64,000 nt of DNA from positions 315,626 to 379,625 of the forward strand of contig NW_002060976.1 in the NCBI RefSeq assembly GCF_000150275.1, read 5' to 3'. Positions 25,961-39,700 of the stretch are shown here, piece by piece; within the stretch, counting starts at the first letter, position 1; each line of letters begins with the position of its first letter. The notes beneath the pieces are model-generated. The model was given only the letters and a program-made list of their open reading frames with translations, was not told the DNA's origin and did no database searches. The translations under genes and the position numbers were made by a program. Source of the DNA: Trichoplax adhaerens. Lineage: Eukaryota > Animalia > Placozoa.

Positions 25961-28900
25961 GAAGTTAAAGTTACTAGTTGATTATAATTATATTATTAAT
26001 GTGATATGGTACAGCACCTCACATATACATTAGCGAAAATATCTGGTATTGTATGTTATCAACTGAGCGATAAGAACAGTAGGTGAGCTGGTGTATAAGA
26101 TTGAGCTCATAAATTAAAAGGTTTCTTCTTTAATGAACGGGTTTGAAGCCCATTTAATGACACCGTATATCATCTACAATTACCTTATGAAGTACAAGAA
26201 ACTATTCTACGTCACATGCTGCAATACTCTATTAAATATTACTATTACACTTTCAAAATACATTACTGCTGTAGCTTGCTAAAACTACTAAATGTACTTT
26301 TCCATTTTTCTTGAAGACATTTTCATACTTTTACGTCGCTTGCAATCTATCCTAAAATCTTGAGCTGCTATGATTTCTACTATAAAAATGATGCAATGTA
26401 GCAGTTCGCAGAATTTCTGATGAAAATCTTTAGCGCATTTGCAATTATTATTTGTTGGAAGTGTCTAAAATCGACGGTTAATATAGAGGTAGATTTTATT
26501 TTATCATATTATCTATATGAATTACAAATTTGACTAATGAATCAGTTCTTGTATTAAATTAATATCGATCAATGCCATCCTTTTTACGAAGCTGGATTAA
26601 TGCCTTTGTTACAAAGCTTGCTCCTTATTTTTGCTTAAAAATTAAAAATTATTTACAACCGTAATATCCTTGTTGTTTGATAGTAAACCTATTTGCTGCA
26701 AGTTAGGGTTATTCCTAACTAGTAATAACCGAATATAAAATGCCCTTATTGATAGCCATATAATATTCTTGTAATAACAGTACTTTATCAACTACTTTGG
26801 ATAATTCATACTAATACACAAAGAAGGACAGGCCCCACAGATTTATTAGATGAAAGAATCTTTGATATGCAGTGATTTACAGTAGTGTATATTACATTAC
26901 TATCTGTTTCCACTTTTTAAGTCCTTTTCTTGTCTCTTTTGATCTTTGGGTTGGAGAACTTCTTCTTTTATACATCTGATCAGATCATTGCACTTTCGTA
27001 AACACACTTGCAGATAACTTTTAGTTGATACCTTATATTTTGCTTTCATAATATTCGTTAAATAGAGTATTGATACATTTAGTATTAATATTAAATTTCT
27101 CGATACGTGGCGGTCAGAGTTCTTTGTTTTCTATTATTCTTTTATTACAATTCCTGATTATTACGTGATAGTGTCATTCTAACCTTTGTATACTGTGTAA
27201 ACTTTTGATCTTATACTGTACAGTTTTATATTGCAGTATTGTTGAGTACTTAAACCCTAATTTTCTTATCATCTCATCATTACAAATAGATTTAGTACAA
27301 TTTATATATTTATCGAAACTAATCATTATTTAAAATTTATAGCATGTATATTGTAGCAAAATTTGGTATCTATTGTTTACATGAATGCGGTATAATCTTG
27401 CAATAATATCAGCTAATTGCAGTATTTATATTTTAGAAAAATACAGTGATAGTGCAGCATTTAGGGTTAAGAACCCATACACTGCAATTCTATTCTTAGT
27501 AAAACTTATTTCCCGCCATGCTCCAGCATTATACCATACTGTATATGTATAATCGATATTTAAAAACTTTTACTGTGGAAATCTCTTTATACTCTAGTTA
27601 AATTGTATCGCAGAGCTACCTTAGTGTAGAAGTAGTATACTTTAATTAGTCATTCGCATTCACAAATAGTTTCTTTCTGCTATACATTTTACATTATAAA
27701 AGCTGTCTTCATTAGTCGATCTCGTTGGTTACTTCTGGTAGTTACATTGCAAGCTTTTACACTTTACCTAATCTAACATGCTATAGCTACTCTACTAATC
27801 ATGCCGTTATTCATACAGTAACTTTGCAGCTATCCTCTTCATACTAGTTCAATAAAAACTACTATGTCACTAGTCATTCTCTTCTAGTTTGTTACAATTA
27901 TGATGGATGATCAATCTTCCCGGAGAACAACACGATACATCTGAGGCATGATTTCAAGTGTTATAACTAGTAATTTGGGTAAAATACATACACTACCGGT
28001 AGGTCTTTTCGGATGGAAGTAATAAACTATTAAACTGCGAATAAAACATTAGATTACTATTTATCAGTCAGCTTTACACAGTAGCTATAACTTATACTTA
28101 TAATTTTGCATGATCTTTAAAAATAATAGAGTACAAAACTCAATAGTATTGTGCGTTTCTAGGTTTGTACTAATTCTTAAAGAATTATTCTTCTTTATTA
28201 AATTATTTTCATGATGTGAATCTGTAGTAAATCAAATTGTTGATTTGTGATAATTTAATATCATAGCTGTGAAATTTTATTGACTTTTTATCTACATCAA
28301 TTAATGCATATATTTAGAATTACATGATATCAAGATAAAGTATTTTCGTAGCTTACAGCAGTCTACATAGATAGTCTATTACACAATCTTTCTTCAATTT
28401 AGAGTCTTTCTGACCCTACCGTTGGTATTCTTGCTATTTATGTCTAAGTATCTAAACACTTCATAATTCTGATATCGTTTCTTTCTTGCCTGTATAACTT
28501 GCTTATATTTAAGTGCTAGATGCGTAATTCGATACCTTAATAGGCTTTTATTCCATCATCAAGGTTAATTTAGCATTAACTATTTAACGATATATGTTAA
28601 GAAAGGAATACTAATCAGAATCCAACTACTTTTTAGCTTTTCGTACGATTATGTTATTTCGCAATATAAACGTTTTAGCAACTGAATAACTGTAAGTATT
28701 GATTCTAGTTATCACACTGTAAGATTTAATAATTTTTATAGATAAAACCTAAAAGTCATTAAATTATTCTCAGCTTAGCTAATTCTGTTATTATAAATTA
28801 CAGTACATGCATACTGAAAATACGCTTAGAATTTTAATGCAGATGAAGTAACGTAATGATATTAATCAATATTTAGTTTCAATTGTTTAAGTACAACTAA

Positions 28901-29199
28901 AGTAGTATCTACATTTTCGTGCTGTTACTTAAAAGTATACATGCAGGAATCGTAAATATGATATGATATTATTTCAATTACACGCCAAGGAATGCTTTAC
29001 AACTAAGATTAATAATCATATACCTACTTAAGTACGAATTTTATATGTTGCTTTGAAATTTGTATAGGAATACATAAAGTTATATAATTTTCGTCAAGCT
29101 ATGTAATCAGCATGTAAGTAGAACATTAAGTCATCATGAAATATAATAGCATTTTACACGAAATTGTAACAAGTTGGCTTTAGATATGGATATTTCGAA

Positions 29200-30180
29200 T
29201 CAGCAATTGATTTTACGAGCACATAATTGGCGAATTTTTTTGCTTTTGATCAAGTAGACAATTGGATCAAATATCGGAGAAATATTTATGAAGAATCCAA
29301 TAAAGTAATTTGTATTATTGTTAATTAAGTAATTTTCAATTGCAGATGTAGTTACATGACTCCTAAGACAAATAACGTTAACTAATGCAATCATTAAGGG
29401 AAATTCAAATATTATAAATAGTGTAGAAATACAAATTAATGATACAATAATTCTTTTTCTTTGCCTCTGCCCTTCAGTTTGGTCTCTAAAACGTTTTCTA
29501 GTAATCATTGAAATTTGTCTCAGTCGCCTTGTGATTCTAATATAGCAATATAACATTATGCATATGGGCATTAAATAGCCAAATAAGAGAAAATATAATG
29601 CCAAGAGTACAATTACAAGGGATCCTTCTTTGATTTGTAATAAGCAAATATACCGATATTTTGTATCAGGAATAGGTACAACATCAGATATAATACACAC
29701 GGGCGCAATAGCCAATAACAGCCACATGGCTAATAATGTAATGATAATATGTCTACCCTTCATACGAGGCTTTGCAGGATGGACTATTATTCGGTATCTT
29801 TCGAACGATATCAATACTAAGGTATAGCTGTGTAAGGTTATGCCCATGAATGCAAAAAAAACTACCATTTTACAAGTAGGATTCAAGATTGCTACCGGCC
29901 AACTAATGAAATAATTGCCATAAAGTGCACCAACGTAAATAAATACAGGAATAACAAAAAGTAAATCACAAATTGCCAAATGGAAAATTAGGCTATCAAA
30001 TAGAGATTTTATCTTATTAACTTTGATTATCATGATAATGATGGTGAAATTGATAAGGAATCCTGATGTGTGAGCTAGTACGATGAAGATACAAGGCAGT
30101 AATGTATTAGCAGAGATGCTTGAAACCTGCTTGGTTGTATTGAAGGAATGGTTATTACCACAAGTTGTAAATAATACCAT
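29200..30180 (-). CDS. Intronless class A GPCR, left-cluster member 4 (326 aa)
   Basis: 7TM; HLAICD, SWP, TCK, ERY, DPIVY variant of NPxxY; same family as members 1-3. Confidence 0.95.
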   Translation of the reverse strand: MVLFTTCGNNHSFNTTKQVSSISANTLLPCIFIVLAHTSGFLINFTIIIMIIKVNKIKSLFDSLIFHLAICDLLFVIPVFIYVGALYGNYFISWPVAILNPTCKMVVFFAFMGITLHSYTLVLISFERYRIIVHPAKPRMKGRHIIITLLAMWLLLAIAPVCIISDVVPIPDTKYRYICLLQIKEGSLVIVLLALYFLLFGYLMPICIMLYCYIRITRRLRQISMITRKRFRDQTEGQRQRKRIIVSLICISTLFIIFEFPLMIALVNVICLRSHVTTSAIENYLINNNTNYFIGFFINISPIFDPIVYLIKSKKIRQLCARKINC

Positions 30181-33100
30181 GATCGAGTAGACTAAACCTA
30201 GATAAATTAAAGTTAATTGATGTCTCTATTTGATGATATGTCTAGATATGGTATCAAGAAATAATGTCCAAGTTTGTAGCTGATAATAAATTTAATATAC
30301 TGTTGAATATTAATTCAATCTTAAACGAATCCTATGCCAAGCATTTAGAAGTAATACGAAATGAGTCTATCTAAATAAATTTATAATCAATAATAGTGTG
30401 TTACTATGTAATTCTACTACAGCTATAGAGAAAGATCTTTTAAATGCAATCAATATCTGTTGATTCGCTGCATCTATATGGCAATCAATAAACAGCCGTC
30501 TTTTAATCAAATCCAGACATGCAGTTGTAAATAATTGCAATGCGTTATTGTACTAGTATGTATTATTGTATTATTCGGAAATTAAATTTATCAACTTTTA
30601 TGATATTCTTGTATGATTACCAACTATAGATTTGAAATACATCTTTACTAAACACAGTCAGTAACAGTTTACAATATCTGTCTTATTGTGTATGAATGAA
30701 AGCCGATTTTATTATTTACGATATCATTTTACTGGTTATTGTTAATGATGGTGAGCACCTGCTGAAAATTATTTCCAATTTTATGCCTGTTACAATTGAT
30801 CAATATTGTATTGAAATCTTGCTTGATAAAATAGCTCCAGTACGGAAAATAGATTACTCGAGCTATAAAGTGATCTCCAGACACATGCCATACTAGAGCA
30901 TAGTCTATTTTCTGGTGGCTTATGCTTGCAAAATAGGACTCTATATTAATTAATACAGAGACCGGATATGGAATTAAGATATACTATACGGAGAAATAAT
31001 ATTGTCCTTTGCAAAATAAGAATGTGTAAATATATTTTTTTATTTATTGCCCTTGGTATCCTCGTATTTTTAGATTTATGAAGCTGAAATATCTTAGTGT
31101 TTAACTAATTAATTTTATTTTCCTTCCAGTACGAACATGGTTAGTGTTAAGAACTCATTTTAATAGAAGCTGTTGCAACATAAATATAATTATTATCCCA
31201 AGTAGAAAACTTAGTAAATAATAATCAATGAATGAATATAGTCTATGAATTAATCTGATTTTAATATCTATTAGTATTACAGATATGTGATATACGTAGG
31301 TATTTTGCATCATTCTAAAGTAAATATGGAATTTTTGCACTATCAAGATTGGAACCTAAAAATTTCTATCAAGATCGCGCTATATCGCTCTATCGACCAG
31401 TGGTATTGAAATTAAATAGAGATGTATACAGGCAGTTAGGACGGTAGCGCTATAATAATTTTAGAACTCCTTACTACATTATCCAGCAAGAATACCGAAA
31501 TATAAACTAGTTCGGTAAAGGTAGTACAGAGTCCACGCGATAAAGTGAAGACTATTCGTTTGTCATGATGGTCACAGTATCGTGTTGTCCTTGTAAGTAA
31601 TGACAAATTCAGTCGAAGATTGAAAAATAATTATTCTGCCCCAGTGTACGATACCAATAATATCTAGATTCAATCCATATTCCTTTATTTGAAAGCAAAT
31701 TCAAGGGCATACCTACTTATTTATTTAAATCGATGGATTTTCGTGAAGAATCCAATATGATATCGTTAGTACGATGCCAAAGAAACAAAATGAAATGCGT
31801 AAACTACGTGAGTTTTATTACAGAAATCATATCATACCAAAATATCAATAAGTGATCAGTCGTAGTTTATAGCGCTAGTAAAATGATAAGTTTATCCGTA
31901 ATTGACTTTCTGTAACTTTTTGATGAATTAGTAGATTATAGATCGTTATTAAGCGATTACAAGACTGTCATACTTCAGAATAGAAATTTTTCTGTTATAT
32001 ATAAATTTGTACACGCTGATAAGTTAATCTTCTTATACATAGAAGGGAACTAAAGGCCACCATGACGAAGGTTGATTACCGATCAGGTGTCAACGTTTAA
32101 TAGAAATCGATCGCAAAATGAAATTTCTTCAGTGTTTACTTTTGCACATTCATTGTACTATCGCATATCATATCACAATCTGGCTATGATAATTAATATA
32201 ATTGTTATTCTCTAACATAATAACAAATTTCTCCATTCATTTCTCAAATTGCAATTTCTTAGAAATAGTCAGTAATGGACGTGAATTGAAAAGACTATAA
32301 TCTAATTATTAATTCATCAGTAATAAAACTGTCTGTAGCCCTTCGGGATATTATTCTTGATTAGTTTATTTTAGAATTAGGTATTTGTTATTGTGCTTCC
32401 TTAAATCAACTTCTATTCATTTGTGAGTGTTCTACAATTCGGTTTACCGCCATTCTCAAATACCGTTCAGGCGTTCAAGACGTGATTGTTGATTGTGTTA
32501 TTTAAAGAATTTTTATTATCACAAGATAATTCGATAGGACTACTGGTTAAAAGATACAAGTATGGTTATGGTGCGCCATCGGTCTGAGTAGAATATGTCC
32601 TTTTGATACGGTAACGTGATATGATCCAACATGGACTTGGGACTTTTATAAATTCCGTTCTAGATTTCATTACTCATGCCTTTAGTTCTTTGCAAATACT
32701 TTGGAATACCGCATTGGTTAAAGCTAATCCATAGCAACAACTGACTCATTGGAGCTGTTCGAACCTGGCTTTGCATCGATGCAAGTTAGAGCTAGCTATA
32801 AATTCTTATGCTTACATCCTTAGTAGTGAAAATAGGATACTTTAAGCAAATTGTGTAATAAAATAACTCTAAAGTGATGAGGACAAGTTGATTACGCCAA
32901 TTTAGTAAGTCAATGAATGCGATTTGGACATGACATGCAACATGCAGTAAAATGGTAACTAATAGAGACATACTATATAAGTTGTACCTAACCACGATGA
33001 AAATCAGTCTGTGAACTACTGTTTAGGCATGATAGCCAAAATGCTCAATAGAAATAATGACAGTTTGCCTATCATTGCAACTAAATGTTCAATTGTGAGG

Positions 33101-34384
33101 CAGATAATGTACCTATTTATGGGTTCCCTTGAGGTCTGATAATAAATAATTATAAGTAGAGGTGAAAGTCAGTAGCAATGCTGAGTCTGGTAAGCGCAGC
33201 GGCTATTGCCTTATTGAGTAGTATAGTCAGTTAAGTGCCATTGATAAATGGAAATCATTTGCTTGTGTTGGCAACTATTGCCAATTAATCATGGCTGCAA
33301 TAGAGTCTGGCGGAAAGAGCACTCTCGTACGTTGTCATACGTCTAAAAGAGACTATTCAAAGAAATAGAGAGGGATATTTTCTTTCATTAGTTGCTGAAT
33401 AAGTACATCAACCATGCAGTCAACGAAGCACATAGACGATGAGTATTATCACTATCTTGCTATTCTAGCATCCTATTCTGAATACGACCTAAATTACAGG
33501 TATGTATAATCTTATACTGCGTAATGCAAGACTGGATTATTTTATTTTTATTAGCCTGATAAAAAGTAAATAGAAAATGGTGTCACGAATTCGTAATAGC
33601 AGAGCGCATTGCATATCCTACGGTAACGACGGCAGTCTGATATACGGTAGTCATTGCCGTAGTCCATTGCTACAGAAGCGATCTTCCACGATCCATGGTA
33701 ATCAGTCCAAGTTGATACTAGCCAGATATTGGATTAAGGTTAATGAATTGATGTACTGTCTATTATCTCATTAATATACACCTTAATTGACTTCAGGTAG
33801 TCATGTACTATCGTGGACAAGTCTGTAATCCTATCTAGTGTCATGTTATATCATGGAGTTAAGAATTGAAAATGATATAGTGTTGTGAATACCATGGTTG
33901 TATACAGGCTAATGCAGCAATAGAAAGAAAGAATAGAGTAAAGTGATCCAATGAAGGAACATTTTTCAGCATATTGACCCAAAGTCAAAATACAATCCGT
34001 TTAGCCTACTGTCAGCCACTACCGTCTCGGGATGAGTGCCTGTGAGCTGTCGTTTATTTCCATTCCATTGGTTCTGTTTGCTAAATTGGCATCACACTAT
34101 CCTATCTTACAGCAATGATACTGGAGGTATGGTAGTTGCCGTCTTAAGACAACACAGTTATCCGATCAAGCATTTAAGCTTGTACGAGTCGTCATCCGAA
34201 TCAGCATCAAGCAGGCGAGAATCATTGTTGCAGTCATGAGAAGAACCAAAACCCACTACTGTATCAGCTCATCACTGCTATTTGTTTGGAGTTGTGTTGC
34301 ATAACTATTTCATCTGGTTATAAAAACAGTTTGATTGCAACGAGGGACTATTGAAAGACGGAAGAGAAACCACCACTCATTGCC

Positions 34385-35279
34385 AAAATGGCGAAGACGG
34401 AGTTGATTTACTATACAGTACTGTACAACTCAGGGATCGCTACGGCATAAAGTACTTTACTATGAACTTCTAGAACCAGTGTACAGTACAGTACAGTACA
34501 GTGTATGATAACAGTACTGTACAGTGAGTGTACACTGTGCACTGTACAGTCTCTTGGGCTCTTTCTGTTTTGACCGTTTAAGGACAAGGGTGGGCGTGAC
34601 ATCACCCGGCACGATCAATAAACATGATTGGTCACCTTGGTATCTTTCAAATTTAAAAATGAGTGCTCAGACATACAGACGCATGCAACATGGATACCAC
34701 TGTACTGTACTGTACTGTACTGTACTGTACTACACTGACTGTCCATTGTACAATGTACAGTACAACACATTACAGTGTACAGTACAATGTACACTACAGC
34801 AATCCGAAATTGATTTTGGACAGGGATATTTTGAAAACGATTTTGGATTAAATCATCAATACTCTATCTGTCTCTTTTCAGTTTGGACAGAGATAGAGAA
34901 AAGTACAGAAATTCCATTAATAGACTGCAGCACTGTCTTGATGAATACGATATCACTTCATTAGCCTCACTAGAAGCTCAACATTCTCCTTTTCAATTTT
35001 TGGAAATGTCCAGTACAGAACCCTACAGTATACTGTATCCTCAGCGACTGTACAGAACAGTACAGTACTGTACTTTTAGTGTCCGTCCGTGCTACTTGAC
35101 AAACGTCCGTACACGACTGTATACTGTATAGTGTATACTGTATAGTGTATATTCATGTATAAGCCCCTTCAACCGAACCGGCCAATCGATTACACTAGGC
35201 AAGCTCGGTTGAAAGCATCCCCACCGACGAATTCTCGCTATCGACTGCAATAAATTGTTGCAAAAACGAAAGGAGAAAT
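34385..35279. promoter_or_regulatory. Putative FBF1 promoter / first non-coding exon with TACAG-repeat island
   Basis: (GTACA)n at ~34481-34500, (TGTAC)n at ~34701-34730, further GTAC/GTATAC units to 35150. GC-box-like GGGTGGGCGTG (~34588), TGACATCA (~34597), reverse CCAAT box tgattggtca (~34625), GGCCAATCG (35181), YY1-like AAAATGGCG (34385). Strong donor gtaagt at 35280. Confidence 0.6.
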
Positions 35280-36755
35280 GTAAGTTTGACTTTCTGTAAT
35301 GAATTGAATGATTAGATTGATTCTTTTTTACTTGGGAGGGAAGTAGGAACGGTGAGAAAGGAGTTCTTGTCGAGCATAAATTATCGAATCCTCTCTTGTC
35401 TTGAAATCAATTTGCCAGTAGTGTAGAGCTAGACGATATAGAAAGAACATTATCGTGTCCAGTTGAAGAGAAGAGAATTTCACTGTAGTTACAGAAATTC
35501 ATTGAAATGAGAAATGCAATACAGATCTTTTAAAACGGACGCGTTTACAGAAATTGTATTTTCATAATTTATCCACAGTATCTGTTATTTATTTTATCAG
35601 TAAAAATAGACTTGAATAACGGTGATACAGTTGATATACTGTCAACGGTCCAATACAAGTTATTTGCCATTTCTGTGACTGAAATCTCCCTTTGAAGATT
35701 TGCAAACAACACGACAGTAAACAGACGAAAGCCTGTTCCAGGATCTGTTTCTAGTCTTGACTAGTTCATGTTGTATAGTACATTACGGTTCTGATTAAAT
35801 ATTGCATATCGTAATAAGAGGATAATTGGAAACCACAGACTTGGCCATGAAACCATCGATCAGAACAGACCGCCTGACTCAATCTGTCATTGAATCGATT
35901 CCTTGATCCAATTTATAGAGTCAACATCCGTTGAAGCATGCATGATCGTCAATCTGTTTCTATGGCGATTTAATTTATACTGGCAATATTATTTTAAAAT
36001 TGATTCTATGAAAACTTGGCTTAGATTCAGCCTGATAACACTGCCCTTCAACCGTTTACAACATCGTTATAGGCTAAATGAGAATGTAACGAGAGGATGA
36101 CGACTGCATTTGCAAACTTCAAGTTATTTCAACTTTTAACAGTAGAGTGTCAAAGCCCACCGTTGTAACAGACGGTCATTGCAAAGATACTTACATAGAA
36201 TGCTATCGTCGAATTAGCCCTTTAACCTTGATGATGATAGTAATCATGAAATATTCATTCAAAACAAATGTAAAATTTCCGAGTGTTATAGTCTAGTAAC
36301 TATAGGTTTAATCCATTCAGTGAGTAAGCCTAGACTTTATATAAGACCACTTTCCTTTTCATTGAGTTGACAGCATGGTATAATCCAGTCTAGCCATAAA
36401 AACAACTCTGTATTACCCAAACGTCGATGTTTTTTATCTCTTTGAAATGGGAAAGCAAAGACCCCTTACGTTATTATTATTAATTATTGTTTATATTATA
36501 TTATTTATTTGTAAAAGTGCCTACTGTTAATAATAATAATTACAGTGGCACCACAAAATAAAAGACGCAATCAACAAATGAATTCACTTAGAAATACACA
36601 ACTTTAAAAAAATAGATAATTCACAGAAATGGATTGCAATCATTTCCATAAAGCAAATCCACCGTAAAGGTAGTAATGGTAACTAACGTCTTAAAACTCT
36701 TTTATATAGTTTATAGAAAATTCAATTCATTCAAAGATAAACCATTGATACGGCC

Positions 36756-39700
36756 ATGGAGAGATCTGGGAATCGCCCAAGGTAAAAGTACATTGTTAAC
36801 CAAGACACAAAGTATCAAGCATATTATACGTTGTATACGTAGAAATGCCAAGAAAATTACCAGCTGCTTTTTAAAGATTGAATCTAGACGTCATCATTAT
36901 CCTATTGATTGTTCTAAACATATTGACGACGTTCCATTTTAGATGTGCTGATTACTATATACTGCCTTATAGCGACAATATTAGTCCACTTGAAATCATT
37001 TCGTACCATTGTATTATTACACAACTGATATCTAACCACTATAGAATTTAAAACTTCTCTCCACATAGCCTATAGCAACTGATTTATTATCAAATATGCG
37101 TCTTAACGTTTAATGGTTAAAAGGATTTCATATGTTGTTCTTATTTATTCAGTGCAGTATACGGAATCTGTATGAGTTGTACTGCAGTAGTTCACTTGAT
37201 TAGTATAGCGATAATTTGTTGTTGATAGTATGTGCGTTATGCTAGAATAATTACCCAGTTATACCATAGTTCTTCGCTTTATGATATTGTCTATTTACGT
37301 GTCGCATATCAAATCCGCTAAAATCTTACTGTAAACTATAACTAGATGAATACCGTAATGATTAGCTATAATAATTAATTATTATTTACACCATATTCTC
37401 ATATAATTAATTAACTTATCTACTTTCGTTTAAAACTAGATCTTCTGCTTTTACTACCGGCTATGGTACTTCTTCTATCGATCCCAGGAATGAAATGGTA
37501 GAATCTGAAGAGGTAAACATTACCATTGACAATGTAATAGTATTATCTAGAGAGTTTATGGCTTTAGTGTGCCGCTTCTGCATATTAAATAGAGCACTAA
37601 TAGTGAAAGAAATTGATACTTATACTAATACTACTTATTATTTGCTGCTATTGTATCATATGAACACACATCTAAATTTAAACTTGAATCATACTTTCCA
37701 AAACATAATGCGTACCTTTAATTTATTAGTGAATAAATATTTGGTTGATCAATTATTTCCTCTAAAATCAGTCCCAATAAATCCACGATAATAACATGTG
37801 GATATCACAGTTGGAAACTGTTCTTTGCGCGTTATTGCTACCGAAACCATGCAGAATAAACAGACTACTTTAAATTACCGTTTCGATTAAAATTTGTATT
37901 TGTTCTGTTTATTTGTGTATATTTAATCACTATGATTGTAAAGTTCTAGCATTTACTGTTTGATTTTGATTGGAAACCAACAATAAAACGTTTTTACGAA
38001 AGTTAGCTCAGTTTCATTATAATAGAAGCTTATGATTACGCTATAATTATGTAAGCATTATATTACCGTAACTGATGCAGTAAAAATTTAGTTATCTAAA
38101 TAGCATGTTATCAATTCATCCTTGTACTATAAATTATCGCCAGGAAGAAGACGTTATTCTATCCCCTGCCGAAGCTCAACGGATTGCCGACGAACTTGCT
38201 GTATGTCTCTTCGGACAGCATTTTAAATCGATAATCTGTGTATCTGCTTAGGAACGTATTCTTATTAGGATCATTTTACCTCCAATGTAACAGGGAATGG
38301 ATGATATGGAAGCAAATTTATTCGGAAATTCATTAAAACGATCTTCTAACGTTGTCAATCAGCAGGTCAAACCTTCACTGAAAGGTAGTATTATTTGCAA
38401 GATTCAAACAAAGAACTTAACTATCTTTCCAATTAAAGTGTGGACATAAGTTTTAATCGTCTAAACTACTACATTTAGGATCCCCACCGAGAAAGTCACG
38501 TCACCAAGAATCATCTGAAATTAGTCCTTCACCTCCAGATGCATCTTCGCAAGACTTTGGAGGCAACACATTATGATTTCCTTAACTTTTGATATCATAA
38601 TTTATATTATATTGTAAAGCAGTTTACATGTGACAAAATCATCATATTTACGTCATGTGTTATTCGTCATTGATAGATTTCGATGAAGACGATCCACTAG
38701 CAGGTCTTGGACTGTCTGACAGCGATGAAGAAGGTTTCAAAAGGAAGAAGCAGAAAAAAATCACTAAATCAACTAGAGCGAAAGTTCCGCCTGCAGAAAA
38801 AAATCAACCTGGTATGTGAGAAGCTGTTTGATTAACAATATGCTGTTTCGTATTTTTAAAAATATTTTCGATTATTTAAAGAAGTGCCTTCGGGAAAAAG
38901 TCAGGCGGAAGATAAGTCACAACATGCTGACGTCGAACAAGTCAAGCGTGAGGTAGTCACATCTTCGAAACCAAAATCAGCAAATAAACTAACTAAGAAA
39001 ACTGCAGATTCTGATGATGACATTACATTTGAAGCTGGAGGGCTATTAGATGACATGGGGTTTAGTGATGGAGAAAGTAAACCTCGATCAAAACCTGAGA
39101 TGAAAGTTACTGTTGATGATGACGAAGATTTACAACCAGCGTCGGCAACTTTAGATAAATTTATTGGTAAAAGTAAGCCTGATGATGCCAAGCCAGGGCG
39201 AAAATTAACCGCTTTAGATAAGCTATTAAAAAAAGTAGAAGATACTAGTAACGATCACGAGGAAGGTAGATATAGCCATGCCATTAGCAAATACCCGTGG
39301 TAAACTGTTTTTCTACTTGTTTGAATGCCATACTGATGCGATATTATTTGCTGATACTAGAGGATAACCTAGCATTTGGCGATTATGTTCCATCTGCAGG
39401 AAGAAATAGTGTGCGTCCATCAACGGCATCATCGACACAAAAATCCGTTAGATTTTCAGGTAGCCTTTTCAGACGAAACATTTATAGAAAATCAATTTCT
39501 TAATACCAGCAATTATAGAAACTGGGTTGTAAGTAATGCAAAAATTAAACGCTGCATTATTTGATAAGTCACGGCTTTTGGTCTGTTATTGTGTAAAAAT
39601 CATGATAGATTAACTATCTTTTTTAACACCCAATCGATTAGTATGCGCTAATTTGTATGTACTGTACTATTACGCTAACCATGGTATGCAATTTCATCGT

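Noticed and set aside
33414-33573. Possible spliced ~35-aa small ORF (MQSTKHIDDEYY...) with gtatgt donor and ttag acceptor
   Set aside because: Too short and without homology; such signals arise by chance in AT-rich DNA.
34411-35131. ORFs rich in CTVLY/YSTVQ (also at 54351-55057)
   Set aside because: Translations of TACAG repeats and the minisatellite, which happen to lack stop codons.
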